Source: Octopus vulgaris
Lineage: Eukaryota
Assembly (NCBI GenBank): GCA_951406725.2
Contig: OX597816.1
Location: 158,596,001-158,660,000, forward strand
DNA: 64,000 nucleotides
Direction of reading: 5' to 3'
The notes under the pieces are model-generated. The model saw only the letters and a list, made by a program, of their open reading frames with translations, did no database searches and was not told the origin of the DNA. The number at the start of each line of letters is the position of its first letter. Position 1 is the stretch's first letter. This document shows positions 11,812 to 24,802 of this stretch, one piece after another. Made by a program: the position numbers and the translations under genes.

Positions 11812-12699
11812 TTATCTCAGTAACCATGGGAGCTATGAAAAAATACAAAGGCAGCAACACCACTGGATCATTCTACACATTTGTGCAATTCCACCCAGCC
11901 GTTTGACCATGAATCCCAAGACAAGAAAGAATTGCCCATGTCAAATTTATATGTGTGTATATATGAGAGAGAGAGAGGGGGGGAGAGGAATTTAAGGAAG
12001 TGATAAAAATAGAAGAGGGTCTTAATCACCTTATAATGTTTTTTTTATTTAATCATTCTACATCCAGGATTCTAATTCACACCCACCAGTCTAGACTTTG
12101 CTTTTCATTCATTCCTTTAGGGGAAAAGGAGTTGATAATATACTTGTTGCTTTTGTGTCTATTTAACCTTAGGTTAAGCCGATAAAGCAGAACTATAGAA
12201 GGTGCTCCAGCTGTGATCATTCCACCATTGATTCAGTCATTGTCTAACCTAAGGGCAACATTATTTAATGTGTCCTCCTGTTTTCAAGATGGTAGAGTAT
12301 AATTTTCTTTGAAGGGAAATCGGCTGATTTGTTTAGCAGGTCAAGTAACTTCAAGGTGGTTCTCTCATTGACTCGTGCATACACAAATCAGTAGGCTGTG
12401 ATTCAGGGAGATTTGGCTGCTATTTCTAACAAGTTAAGCAAGTACATAGAGGCTTCTTTGCTTGCTCATATATTCAACTAGATGTCCCTTTGTTCCAGAA
12501 ACCTTGTCCTATGCAAGAAAGTGATATTAATTTCTTACATTCTTAACTTGCACACATAGTTCAGTGAAGGTGCATGGCCTACTAATTAGGATACTACATT
12601 TGTGATCACAAGATTATTGTTTCAATTCCCATATCAGGCGATGCATTGTGTTCTTGGGTAAAACACTTTATTTCACAGAACTCTGCAATCAATGTAAAT

Positions 12700-13118
12700 T
12701 CTTATTTCTTTACTGCCCACCAAGGGCTACACACAGAGGGGACAAACAAGGACAGACAAATGGATTAAGTCAATTATATCAACCCAGTGTGTAACTGGTA
12801 CTTAATTTATTGACCCCGAAAGGATGAAAGGCAAAGTCGACCTCGGCGGAATTTGAACTCAGAACGTATCGGCAGACGAAATACCTATTTCTTTATTACC
12901 CACAAGGGGCTAAACACAGAGGGGACAAACAAGGACAGACATAGGTATTAAGTCGATTACATCGACCCCAGTGCGTAACTGGTACTTAATTTATCGACCC
13001 CGAAAGGATGAAAAGCAAAGTTGACCTTGGCGGAATTTGAACTCAGAACGTATCGACAGACGAAATACCACTGAGCATTTCGCCTGGCGTGTTAACGTTT
13101 CTGCTAGTTCGCTGCCTT
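12700..13118 (-). mobile_element. Dimeric SINE family B (full unit plus 5'-truncated unit), nested in an older SINE (~12565-13310)
   Basis: Two near-identical ~185-bp bodies joined at gacgaaatacc|tatttcttt (12885/12886). Confidence 0.9.
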
Positions 13119-14084
13119 AATGAATGTGAATTCTGATGTGTGGCACACCATACACCTGCACAGGTAATTACAATTTGATGGAGAGAAAGAGCTGATGTAC
13201 AGCACAAACATTTGATCACTATAGACAAATCACCAGTAAGGGTTGTTCAACATGAAATTGCAGATCCCTCATCTATCACTTACAACAAGAGAGTCCATCA
13301 CACACATATACACACACTCAGTCAGTAGAGCATCAGACTTTCTATTCGTGGATTGTGGATCTATAGTCTCCTTAGAGGTAAAGCAAGTTTTCAGCACTTG
13401 TCCAACCCATGCTAGCATGGAAACAGCAGATCATCACCACTACCACCACCATCGTCATCATCATCATTTAATGCCCAACTTCCAAGTTGGCAGACCCATT
13501 GGGTCCAAGAACTGCATCATGCTGCCTGCTTTTGTATGGGTCTTATGGCTGGATACCCTTCTCAGTACTAACCACTTTACAGAGTGTACTAGGTGCCTTT
13601 TTTTTGTGTGACATCAGCTCTACTGAGGCTGCCATATCACTAACAAGACTAAGATTCTCTTTGAGTGAGAGGGGGTCACAATAGGGGTGGGGTGCAGTTT
13701 TGTTAGTTGATGTGTGATTAAGGCTTGAAAGAAGAGAATTGAGACAGGTTTCTTGCAGTAGAGGATTATGATCATAATGGCATAAAGGGGTGGCAGAGGG
13801 TGCATTTGATTACATTAACTCCATTACTTGACTGGATCTTAATTTTACTGTTCTCCTTACAATGAAAATCTTAGTCAAATTCCAGTGAGATTTGAACTCA
13901 AATTGTTAAAGGCTGCAACTAAATAGTACAGTTGTTCTACCAATTCTTCTAGTCCACCATAAGAAATTAATATTAGATAGAAGGTGGCAAGTTGGTAGAA
14001 AAGGTAAATGATTATCTGAGTAATCTACCTTTTACGGTATTTAGTTTCATCCTTCTGGATTCTCAGTTCAAATTATACCAGCGG

Positions 14085-15110
14085 TAATGATGAGTTGGTG
14101 ATGATGTAATGGTGGTATTAGTAGTATAGTAGTGGTAGTGCAGATGATGGTTGTGGTGGTAATGATGGTGGTAGTTGTGGTGGTGGTGGTTGTGGTGATG
14201 GTGGTAGTTGTGGTGATGGTGGTGGTTGTGATGGTGATGGTTGTGGTGTTAGTGGTGATGGTTGAGGTTGTGGTGGTGATGATGGTGGTAGTGGTTGTGG
14301 CGATGGTGGTTGTGGTGGTGGTGATGGTTGTAATGGTGATGGTGGTGGTTGTGATGGTAGTGGTTGTGGTGGTGATGGTGTGATAATGACAGTGGTGGTA
14401 ATGATGGTAGTAGCTGTGGTAGAGATGAAAATAGTTGTGGAGGTAGCAGTGGTGGTGATTGTGATGGTGGTGGGATTTGTTGAAACTCTCCACTTTAAGA
14501 GATTTTCTTTTTTCTATAAAGACTTATAGGTAGAAATGTCACTAGTTGCCTAGGTTACGCAAATTAGTGGAAATAACGACTGTACATTCAAACAATAGCA
14601 ATTGTAGCACCAGTAGCAACCACAGAAATGGTGGTGGTGATGGTTGGGGTAGCATAGTAGTAGTAGTAGTATTAATAGTGATGGTGTTAGTAGTGGTGGT
14701 GTTGGTAGTGGTGGTAGCGTGATGGTGGTGGTAGTCTGATGGTGGTAGTAGTGTGATGGTGGTGGAAGCATGATGGTGGTGGTGGTAAGCATGATGGTGG
14801 TGGTGGTAGTGTGGTGGTGGTTGTAGTGTGATGGTGGTGGTAGCCTGATGGTGGTGTTAGTGTGATGGTGGTGGAAGCATGATGGTGGTGGTGGTGGTAA
14901 GCATGATGGTGGTGGTGGTAGTAGTGTGATGGTGGTGGTAGCCTGATGGTGGTGTTAGTGTGATGGTGGTGGTAGCCTGATGGTGATGGTAGTGCGATGG
15001 TGGTGGTGGTTGTAGTAATGGTAGAAATTGCAGTAGTATTAGTAGTAGTAGTAGTGATCATTGTAGTTCAGTGATAGAGGTGATGGTAGTGATGACAGTA
15101 GTAGTAGTAG
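14085..15110. repeat. Long (GGT/GAT/AGT)n low-complexity tracts with higher-order repetition at ~14715-15000
   Basis: Directly visible; source of the poly-T/V/H ORFs. Confidence 0.95.
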
Positions 15111-15284
15111 TCTGAGAGAGGGAGGGAGGAGGATGAGGAGGTTATAAATCAAGTGCTACAAATATTGATAAGAAAGAATGGATTTCTGCAGAAAACAAGC
15201 AGCAGCTTACAAGAAAATAACAATAAGTTTGAATGTATGACAGGACAAACAGCAGTGTATACAGTGCAGTAAAAACAGCTATAT

Positions 15285-15780
15285 CATCATCATCATCATC
15301 ATCATTTAACGTCTGTTTTCCATGCTAGCACGGGTTGGCCGGTTCGACCGGGGTCTGGGAAGCCAGGAGGCTGCACCAGGCTCCAGTCTGATCTGGCAGT
15401 GTTTCTACAGCTGGATGCCCTTCCTCATGCCAACCACTCCATGAGTGTAGTGGGTGCTTTTTACGTGCCTCCGGCACACGAGCCAGAGGAGGCTGGCAAT
15501 GGCCACGATTGGTTGGTGCTTTTTATGTGCCACCAGCATGGATGCCAGTCCAGCGGTGCTGGCATCAGCCACATTCGGATGGTGCTTTTTACATGCTACC
15601 AGCATGGGTATCACAACTACAATTTCCATTTGATTTTTATTTTGATGTCGATATACTTGACTCAATAGGTCTCCTCAAGCACAGCAGGTTGCCCTACGAT
15701 CGAAGGTAAGCACAGAAGGCTGTCCTGCAAGCCATGAATTCACTTCATTTGTTGGGTCTTCACAGTCATAGCATATCTCC
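15285..15780 (-). mobile_element. 5'-truncated RTE LINE 3' end (3' UTR and (GAT)n tail)
   Basis: Reverse complement of the UTR that follows the RTE ORF at 34520-35200 (ggaagggcatccagctgtagaaac...ccaacccatgctagcatggaaa...gttaaa(tga)n). Confidence 0.85.
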
Positions 15781-15781
15781 A

Positions 15782-15813
<32 letters not shown>

Positions 15814-15825
15814 TGTATATATACA

Positions 15826-16108
15826 CAAGAATTATGGAATGGAGTAGGAAAGATCTGGGCTACATATGTATCATAGCAAGCGGAACCTCAAAAGTATTAA
15901 AATCCAAGTGAGAGGTATACCATTGGCTATTCTTCAGACCAAGGATATCTTGTTGCAATGTAACCTCCTTGCAACACTTTAACCTTTAATCTAATCAAGA
16001 TATCCTTGACCTGAAGAGTAGCCGGTGGTATACACCTCACTTGGATTTTATCACTTTTGAGGTTCCACTTGCTATGCCCGGATCTTTCCTACTCCATTCC
16101 GTAACTTG
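15826..16108. mobile_element. Fold-back (long inverted repeat) MITE-like element
   Basis: Arm 15826-15952 is the reverse complement of 15996-16108, apart from scattered substitutions and one ~12-nt insertion. Confidence 0.75.
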
Positions 16109-16309
16109 TATTCTTATTCACACACCAGGCAACCCTGGTTGCCTACTGTGGAATATATAATGGAAGTTTTTTCAACTTATTGTTCTTCAATATGAAAATA
16201 ATCCACAACATCTCAATAAACCACTACTGTACCTGAAGGTTGTTTTTTATATTTACTATGGATTGCTTGAAGCTAACTTTCTTCCTACACCTCAATCTCT
16301 GTAAAAAGC

Positions 16310-16610
16310 ATCATTCAAGCATGATCAATGCCACTGCCACCTGACTGGCACCAATGCCGGTGGTGCATAGAAAGTACTGTTGAAGCCTGGCCGATGCCAG
16401 TGCTACCTGACTGGCTTCCATGCTGGTGGCACGTAAAAGTATCCAAAACACTCTCAGAGTGGTTGGTGTTAGGAAGGGCATCCAGCTGTAGAAGCCTTGC
16501 CAAATCATATTGGAGCAAGAGTGAAGCCTTCTGGCTTGCCAGATCTCAGTCACACCACCCAACCCATGCCAGCATGGAAAGTGGATATTAAACAATGATG
16601 ATGATGATGA
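16310..16610 (+). mobile_element. RTE LINE 3' UTR fragment
   Basis: Same UTR motifs and (gat)n tail as 34520-35200. Confidence 0.8.
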
Positions 16611-17919
16611 TATATATATAATTGGAAGAAAAAAGGGTGAAATCTGAAGGTGGATGAACTTTATACTCTACTACATTCTTAACAGAATATACCATAACTA
16701 TATATATATATATTATTGAACTGTGGCCATGCTGGGGCACTAATACCATTAATGATTTTAAGTGGTTATATTAACCAGCTGCCTTCCCAATACTTATTCT
16801 ATTAAACTTAAAGGAAGACCATAGCTAAAGTTGGTATGGCATAAAAAAGGGACACTTGAAACTAAGTGAAATATTGAAATACCACAAAATCTGTTCATCT
16901 CATGCACAGATTTTTGCCATTCCATGTTAACACACACATACATATGGGTAACCATTAGCTTCTCTGCAGGAATATGCTTGCTCCTCACTCCTTCCCCCTT
17001 TCAAATTCTATACAAGTGGTTTTCAAATTATTCTTTACCTTTAATTACTATTTTACACGGGTGGACCCCCATAGCCATTCAACATTTTAAAAAATCTTAT
17101 TGCATTTTAATAATTAAATATTAGAAACTATATAAAAAGTTGTTAAAATATTTTGTGTACAAGTGTAAGTAATTCATTGCTCATAAATTTTAACAACAAA
17201 ATCTTACATGGACCCCTGGTTGCACTGCTCCGTAGCCCAATCTCTTTGTCTCCTTGCATAAATGTTGTACCCTGCTCTCCCGACAAGGGTTTTTGGTCTC
17301 ACAAGCTGTATAGCAACCTTATTAGTCTTGGTGACAAAAAAAAAAAAGATTTAACACACACAATATACACTGTAAAGTAATTTGTGTTAGGAAAGACATC
17401 CAACCACAGAAAACGATGTCAAAGCAGACACTGGAACATGATGCAATTCTTGGACCCATCGGATCCTGTTAAACGATCCAACCCATGCCAGCATGGGATA
17501 CAGATGCTAAATGATGATAACGATGATGCTCCTGGATATTTTTCATCAATCAAATTTCACCCACAAGGCATTTGTCAATCCATAACACTTGACCAAAGTT
17601 TTGCTTGTTGGAATTGAACTTGGAGCTATGTGGTTGAGAAACAAACTCCTTAACCACACAGCCATACATGCTTAAATGCTTTCCAAATTAAATATACACT
17701 TCATTTTAAAGGCTTCAGTGAAGATATAGGATGTTGTGCCATCACCCAGTCCTCAGTGCACTGCTGCTTATAGCAAAAACAGTGAAAGCTAATGAAGGTG
17801 ATTAAGTGAGTCCGGTTCTCTTGTTATTCATTAATCAATATATATAAAGAGACAAAACAAAATGTGAATAGCTCTTCATCAGTTCTGAGAACGAATATAA
17901 AAGTTATTTGGTCAGGCAT

Positions 17920-18275
17920 GAGACTGTGGCCATGCTGAGGCACTGCTTTGAAGGGTTTAGTCAAATTAACCCCAATACTTATTTGTTAGTGTAGTATTAA
18001 TAGTATCAGTCTGTTTTGCCAAACAGCTAAGGTATGTGAATGTAAGCTAACCAACATTGGTTATCGACAGGTGGCGGGGAACAAACACAAAACAAAGACA
18101 CACACATACATATGATAAGCTTCTTTCAGTTTTTGTCAAGTAAATCCATTCACAAAGCTTTGGTCAGCTTAAGGCTGTAATAGAAAATACTTGTCCAAAG
18201 CACCATGCTGTGGGACTGAACCCAACCCCACATAGTTGAGAAGCAAGCTTCCTAACCACACTGCCATGCCTGTGC
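17920..18275 (-). mobile_element. SINE family A, diverged
   Basis: Reverse-complement similarity to 32399-32807. Confidence 0.8.
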
Positions 18276-18374
18276 TCTCTCCGTATAAGGTCTCATGAAT
18301 TAACCCCAAGTGGGACACACTCAAAATATATGAAATACAAATATAAAATGAGGCCCCAAACTATGAGACTTCAA

Positions 18375-18695
18375 TAGCTGGCACTCCATTGGTAAATGCT
18401 CTAGTCGATCCATTCAATGGAACAGGCTGCTCGTAAAATTAATGAGCAAGTGGCTGAGTACTACACAGACATATATACCCTTAATGTAGTTCTTAAGGAG
18501 ATTCAAGATGACACAAAATGTGACAAAGCTGGCCGTTTGAATTACAGGTACTACTCATATTTACCAGGTGAGTGGACTAGAGCAATATACAATAAAACGT
18601 CTTGCCCAAGGACACAATGTGCTGCCAGGAATTGAACTCATGATGTTATGATTGTAAGATGAATCCCTTAACCACTGAGCCACACACCTTCACTG
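18375..18695 (-). mobile_element. tRNA-headed CORE-like SINE (third family)
   Basis: Minus strand: aggtgtgtggctcagtggttaaggg (A box)...gagttcaattcc (B box)...ttgtgtccttgggcaagac. Confidence 0.7.
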
Positions 18696-20317
18696 AGACT
18701 TCATTAATAAGCTTGATGTATAAAATATGACTCTCACCAAATATAAATATGTAAAATGAGAGGCTCTGACCAATGACTTATCAAATTATAAATACACAGA
18801 AAAATCAAAATCAATTTGGATATAGCAGGTTGTGTGTTTCCTAGCAACAACGATAAACATCACCTAACAATTCATATACACACCTTTGCTTGTAAGAGAA
18901 TTACAAAAGAACCAGATATAGTGGTGGTGATGGAGGGGTCAGTCAATGAGGACCAGCCAGCCAACAAGTCACCCAACCAGCTAGTTACCAATTAACAATG
19001 CAATCACAGCACTGGCTTCAATAATTGGCATCTTAAGCAGAATCGGCAGAGCAACAAACAAAGCACTACTGTTACACCTCTTAGCAATTCTATAGGTGTA
19101 GGCATGACTGGGTGGTTAAGAAGCTTGCTTTGCAACCATGTAGTTTTGAGTTCAGTCCTGCTGTGAGGCACTTTGAACAGCAATATCAAGGGAGGGGAAA
19201 GTTGAATACATCGACCCCCAATGCTCAACTGGCACTTATTTAATCGACCCTGAAAGGATGAAAGGCAAAGTCGACCTCGGTGGAATTTGAACTCAGAACA
19301 TAAAGGTGGATGAAATGCCACTTAGCATTTTGCTTGGCATACTAAGAATTTTGCCAACTCACTGCTTTGATAATCTGAAATATTAATCCCATGTTTGTAG
19401 ATTAAATACATAGAGCATGTACACATTCTCTGATCCGTGTAAATATCCAGGAAGAAGTCAACTGTTGAGTGGAGACAGAAGTGATTCAAACATGAATATT
19501 ATAAATATTCATTCTAACAATGAAGTTTTGAAGTGTCTGGTAAATTATAATCTTAACGACTTTCTCCAGACATTCAAATATAAATTAAACAAATAGATAA
19601 TCATCATCGTTAAATGTCTATGTTCCGTGTAGGCATGGGTTGAATCTGAATTCTAAAGGGTTAACCTGATTTGCCTTGTAGCCCTTCTTTTGAAAGAAGC
19701 CTTTTCTGCTCTGTCCCCTTCTATCATACTTTAACCTCTTATCTCCTAGCATACCCCATCTCCATATGCATGCACACATATATATCATGACTCATTCACT
19801 TTTTGTACATAATTCTATGTACTGTATATGCGCCTGTGATTAATTGTAGTGTACCTGAGCACTATACAAGATCTAATGGGTTCAAGGACCCATTGGATTA
19901 TGCAACATGCTCCAGTGTTTACTTTGCCATGGTTTCTATGACTGGATGCCCTTCCTAATGCAAGGACTGGGTGCTTATTGTTCATGACATCAGCACTGGT
20001 GAGGCTGTTGGGCACTTTGCAAGATTATGAACTCTGAAGTACGGGATGCGGTGGTATTATAATGATTATTATTATTATGATGATGATGATGATGAAATTA
20101 CTGTGTGTAGTGCTCAGGTGCACTACAACTCATCAAAGGTGCATGTACAGTACATAGAATTATGCATAAAAGTCAGGAAAGTCATGGTATACATGTGTGC
20201 ATGCATATGGAGGGGAAGGGGTTCTGCTAGGCTACATAATGGGTTAAAGTATGAAAGAAGGGGACAGAGCAGAAAAGCTTTCTTGCAAAAGAAGGGCTAC
20301 AAGGCAACTCAATTTAA

Positions 20318-20548
20318 CCCTTTAGAATTCAGAATATTTTGTCAAATGTAAGGCTTTTTTATTCTCCTGGTTTTGAATTAATTATGTATTATCTTTAACT
20401 TTGAAATTTTGATGATGGGATTGTATATTTTTAAAATGATTTTTAGAATGACATTGAAGGGTAGGTAGGACAGGCTGGATCTGGCCGGTTTCAACATAAA
20501 ACAGGTAGAATACTTGGGCTTGATTTGGCCAGTTTTAATGCTAAAGGG
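20318..20548. mobile_element. piggyBac-like MITE
   Basis: TTAA|CCCTTTAG...CTAAAGGG|TTAA termini; second, interrupted copy at ~54040-54414. Confidence 0.8.
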
Positions 20549-22129
20549 TTAAGAAAAGGGAGTGAAAATGATCGAGGTATCAGGGTAGCTTCTCAATGTA
20601 TGAGGTAAGCTGAAGTGAATGGAGACAGAAGAATTAAGAGTGTGGGTGGGGTGGTGGAGGAGGGAATCACAAGAGTATATAGATGAGTGAGAGATGAGGG
20701 GATGGGTGATAGGAGGGAAGGTAGGCAACAGCTGTAAAGACAGACAGGGTGGGGCTGAAGGGCGGATAAATATAATTTGAAACACAACTGAGAGGTCTCC
20801 TAAAATAAACATGAGCATTGCATGATAATATATAAACTGATACTGTTGTTGTTGTTGCTGCTGCTGCTGATGATGATGATGATGATAATGTTGATGATTG
20901 GTGATGGGGAATAGATTACAGGAAGAAAATGATCAAGGTGATTGTTTTACATAAGGGTTTAATAAATTTATATTTTATACCTCAAAAATCATCAAGAAAG
21001 GAAAAGAGATAATAGGTCAGTAATGTGAGTAACATGACTCTGTGTGTGTGTGTGTGTGCGTGCGTGTGCATGTGTGTGTTTGTCTGTGCATGTATGTTTG
21101 TAAGTGATTGTGTGTGTGCATGTATCTGTAACAGACTGAAAATGTGTGCATTTGTAAGTGATTGTCTGTGTATGAGAGAGAGAGAGAGAGAGAGGGAGAG
21201 CAAGAAAAAGGAAGAAGAAAAGGAGAGGGAGAAAGGAGGAAGAGAAATAGAGGAAGAAGAAAGTGGGAGGGAGAGAAAGAGATACAGAAGACAAAGAGAT
21301 TAATTACCTAAACTGAAATGATCTTTTGTATTGGATTTTGAAAAATTCAGGTTACCTACAAATCCTTTATGTAGATTGAAATGGGATGGAAGGGGGGGAG
21401 GGAGGGAGAGAAAATTTAAAAACAAAAGAAACAAACAACTAAATATTCAATCAAAGTACTATGTATACACTAACATAAACACACATATACATACAACACA
21501 AGCTAAAGATACAAAGCATGTTAAAGTATGTCATTAATTGGTGTAAAGTAGTTGTACACTAAAGTCTCCATATGTAAACATGTTTTAGTAGAATATCTGG
21601 TTCAATATCTGAGAGGATTGAAACTTAACCATTCCAATATACATGAAAGAGGCATGGTGATAAGTTAGAAATGGATTTCTTAACTGTATTGTCTTAAGAA
21701 ACAGTAAGTATGTATCTGTGCGTGTATTTATAAATACACATATATATATACTAGACTACCCATGATCTGTTGGGTCACCAATAATTCAAGGTACTGAGGA
21801 AAGTCTGAGTTTCTCAGTAATGGAATTTTGTTTCGTGGTTTTTTTCTTCTTTCCCAGGTTTTTTTGCATGCTTTCAACGAATGTGACATCAAAATCATAT
21901 GTAAACGGCTCCTTTCCCCAGAAAAGGAAGATTTGGCTGCTATTTCTTGCATATCCTGCTACCACGTAACAGGTATTTCAGGTCCCTTATTGCAAATAGC
22001 TGTTACAAGGTAGCAGGGCATGCTAGTAATAGCAGCCAAATCTTTGGAGGTGACATATGTTGAATGCACTAGAAAGAAACCTATGGAAAACTATTTTACA
22101 CCGAGGTTACAAACAGGTCTTTAATGAAA

Positions 22130-22385
22130 TATTTACTGTATTTTTGAAGTCATTTTCGCTTAAAAATAATTTGCTCATCATAATATGTCTAATGGAAAGG
22201 TTAGAGTTTCTTCCCTTTCAGGGTTAAGTTATTTTCGGAATATTTTCCCATTATTCACCATTTTGGGTATTCATACCCCCAAATATCTCAATAACCTGAT
22301 TTATGCGAAACTTGTTTTATTCCATTTGTATTCACATTTCAGAGACACTTTACTTTCAAAGTATTTTCCCCTTTATGCACCAGTT
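22130..22385 (-). mobile_element. Possible Tc1/mariner 3' terminal relic
   Basis: Minus strand has RGKYFE, like the G..FE C-terminus of Tc1/mariner transposases, followed by AT-rich terminal sequence; no second TIR seen. Confidence 0.3.
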
Positions 22386-22912
22386 TAGCAGTGTAACATT
22401 GCAAGCAAGCAAGATTGAAGTTCATTTTTAATGTAATATAGATATATGTTTGTGTATGTATGTAGATTAGTTAGAGTATTCATTAGAATCTAGGCACATC
22501 AACATGTAGGATGCCAAAAATGGCTAGGTTCAATAACCTAGGGTTCACAGTGTGTTGGCAGGATACTGTAGATATGCAAGTACCAAATTTAATTTAAACT
22601 GTAGATCCGACACAGGGCTGATTCTAGGTGCGGAACAGGTATTAAAAAAAAAAAGAATACACCTATGCTGCACCTAGAACCAGTCCTGAATTGGATTAAC
22701 AGTTTAAATTGTGTGTGTGGTAGAAAGTTTGTTACTTGATCACATGGTTTCAGGTTCAGTTCCACTGAGTGGATTTGGTAGGCGGAAATAAAAAGAATCT
22801 TACCTCTCATATATCTACTATCTCTCTAGATATATATATATGTATATATATATAGGAATTGTTGAAGGTTATTTACTGAACCCTCATTCATCGTCTTGGA
22901 TGAGAGAATCCA

Positions 22913-22975
<63 letters not shown>

Positions 22976-23114
22976 TATATATAAGTGTATGTGAGTGTGT
23001 GTGTATGCTTGTGTCTCCTTCTTTTGACAGTATGTAATTGTAAATGGTTGTCTTTCATTTCCAACATTCTGTAAAAACATATCTGGACACAGGGAAATAT
23101 TTCCTTGCAGTTAA

Positions 23115-23336
23115 CCCTTTTGTTACCAACCCGGCCAAAACCGGCTCTGGCTCTGTAGTATAAATGTCTTGTTTTCATAAGTTTTTCATTAAAATATACC
23201 ACCAAACCTTAGTCGCAATTTATATTCCTAACACTAGCTTAATGATAACTAAGTTATTTTACTAAATTCTTTGTTATATTTAAGATAATTGAAAGAAACA
23301 CAGAGCATCTCAAAATAAATACAGTAACGAAAGGGT
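23115..23336. mobile_element. piggyBac-like MITE (second family) inside a SINE remnant
   Basis: ttaaCCCTTTTGTTACC...GTAACGAAAGGG; reverse-complement match to 62103-62320. Confidence 0.75.
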
Positions 23337-24087
23337 GGCATCCAGCCACAGAAAATGTGCCTGAATAAACTCTTGTCTGACCCTTGCAAGCATGAAAAAG
23401 TGGATGTTTGATGGTGATGCTGCTACATTTTTGTCCATGTAAGACAGTATCAAAAAGCACTCTCAGAAAATATTGTAGAAAACTCTGTGTGTGTGTGTGT
23501 GTGTGTCTATGTGTGCATGCATGTGTCTGCTCAGCATTCTCAGAAAATATTGTAAAAAAACTGTGTGTGTGTGTGTGTGCATACGTGTGTCTGCTCTCCA
23601 ACTCCCATAGAAGTCAACTGAAAATCAGTGTGTCCAAATTCTTGGGCACTAGCATGAAATCAAGGTTTTCGTAACTTTTTTTCTTCTCTAGGTAAACATT
23701 TATAGATCTTAATTAGAATTATTGATGAAGAAATAGCTTATTTCTTTTTTAAATCCACTCACTATGTTTGGTAGAATAGTGCTTTGAATATTCTTGCAAA
23801 TATTTAATATTTTCTATATGGATTAACAAAAAAAAAATAAATAAATAAAAAGTAATAAAAACTGTTATAGATGTATGATATTTTATAATAAACATATATA
23901 ATTATAATTAAAAATAATAACAATAATGTGTCCAGGTGTGCTACTACTCATCAAAAGTACTGACACCTCAGGGTAATAAGATAAAATGGAATGTAACAGA
24001 AAATATATACTTTTAAAGGCTACAATGCAGAAACGAAAAACACAGAATAAATAAATAAAAGTCTGCCACATCAGTTAAGTATCTTAC

Positions 24088-24192
24088 CTTGAAGGGAGCA
24101 ATCGGCCAAGACCGTCTATTAAGAGTTGATTGATTTGAACGAACTGTCCGACGTTGGACATGATTGTTTGTATTTGTATTATTTCCATTCAT
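24088..24192 (-). CDS. Candidate first coding exon of an unidentified minus-strand gene (MNGNNTNTNNHVQRRTVRSNQSTLNRRSWPIAPFK, phase 0)
   Basis: ATG at 24192 with A at -3, 35 open codons, AAG|GTAAGA donor, CpG-retaining unique sequence inside a transposon-free island. Confidence 0.55.
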
Positions 24193-24735
24193 CGTGCCAT
24201 GTTACAAAACCAAGTATTTTCCAAAAAAATAGGATTCTTTATAAAGAATCTTTTTTGCTTGTGTGTGATTTAAAAAAGTTTTCCGATGAAGGCAAAAGAA
24301 TTCTTGTTTGGTGTTGTACATGCATGTGTATATTACAAATGAAATTATTTTGGTGTAACAACTTGTACAAGTTGCTAGTTTCTATTTGCAGTGAGCTTAT
24401 TGGCTCACAAGTTTAAATGACCTAAGTATAAACTTGTTCGAAAAACAAGATTTTTATATAGATCTAAAGAAAAAAAAAAATTGACGGTATTTCATCTATA
24501 TTTATAAGTTATGAAACTACACTAGACTGATTTTTAGACTGTAGAATATAGTTTAAGAAGTTATATATTTGAATGAGTATATAACTTAGGTGTAAATAAT
24601 GATTTATTATATACTTGAAGTGTAAGATTAAAATAAAATTAATTCAATTCTGTATTTGTGTATATACATACATATATATATATGAAAGAGGGAGAGCTAG
24701 CTGTATCCATGTATGTATGCGTGTGTTAATTGTGT

Positions 24736-24802
<67 letters not shown>

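Noticed and set aside
14068-15061. Long Thr/Val/His/Pro-rich ORFs (mucin-like)
   Set aside because: Open on both strands only because they are GGT/GAT trinucleotide tracts; no splice signals or domain.
21300-21325. AG|GT recursive-splice-like sites on the minus strand (also ~29400)
   Set aside because: Weak pyrimidine tracts; expected by chance in 64 kb of AT-rich DNA.
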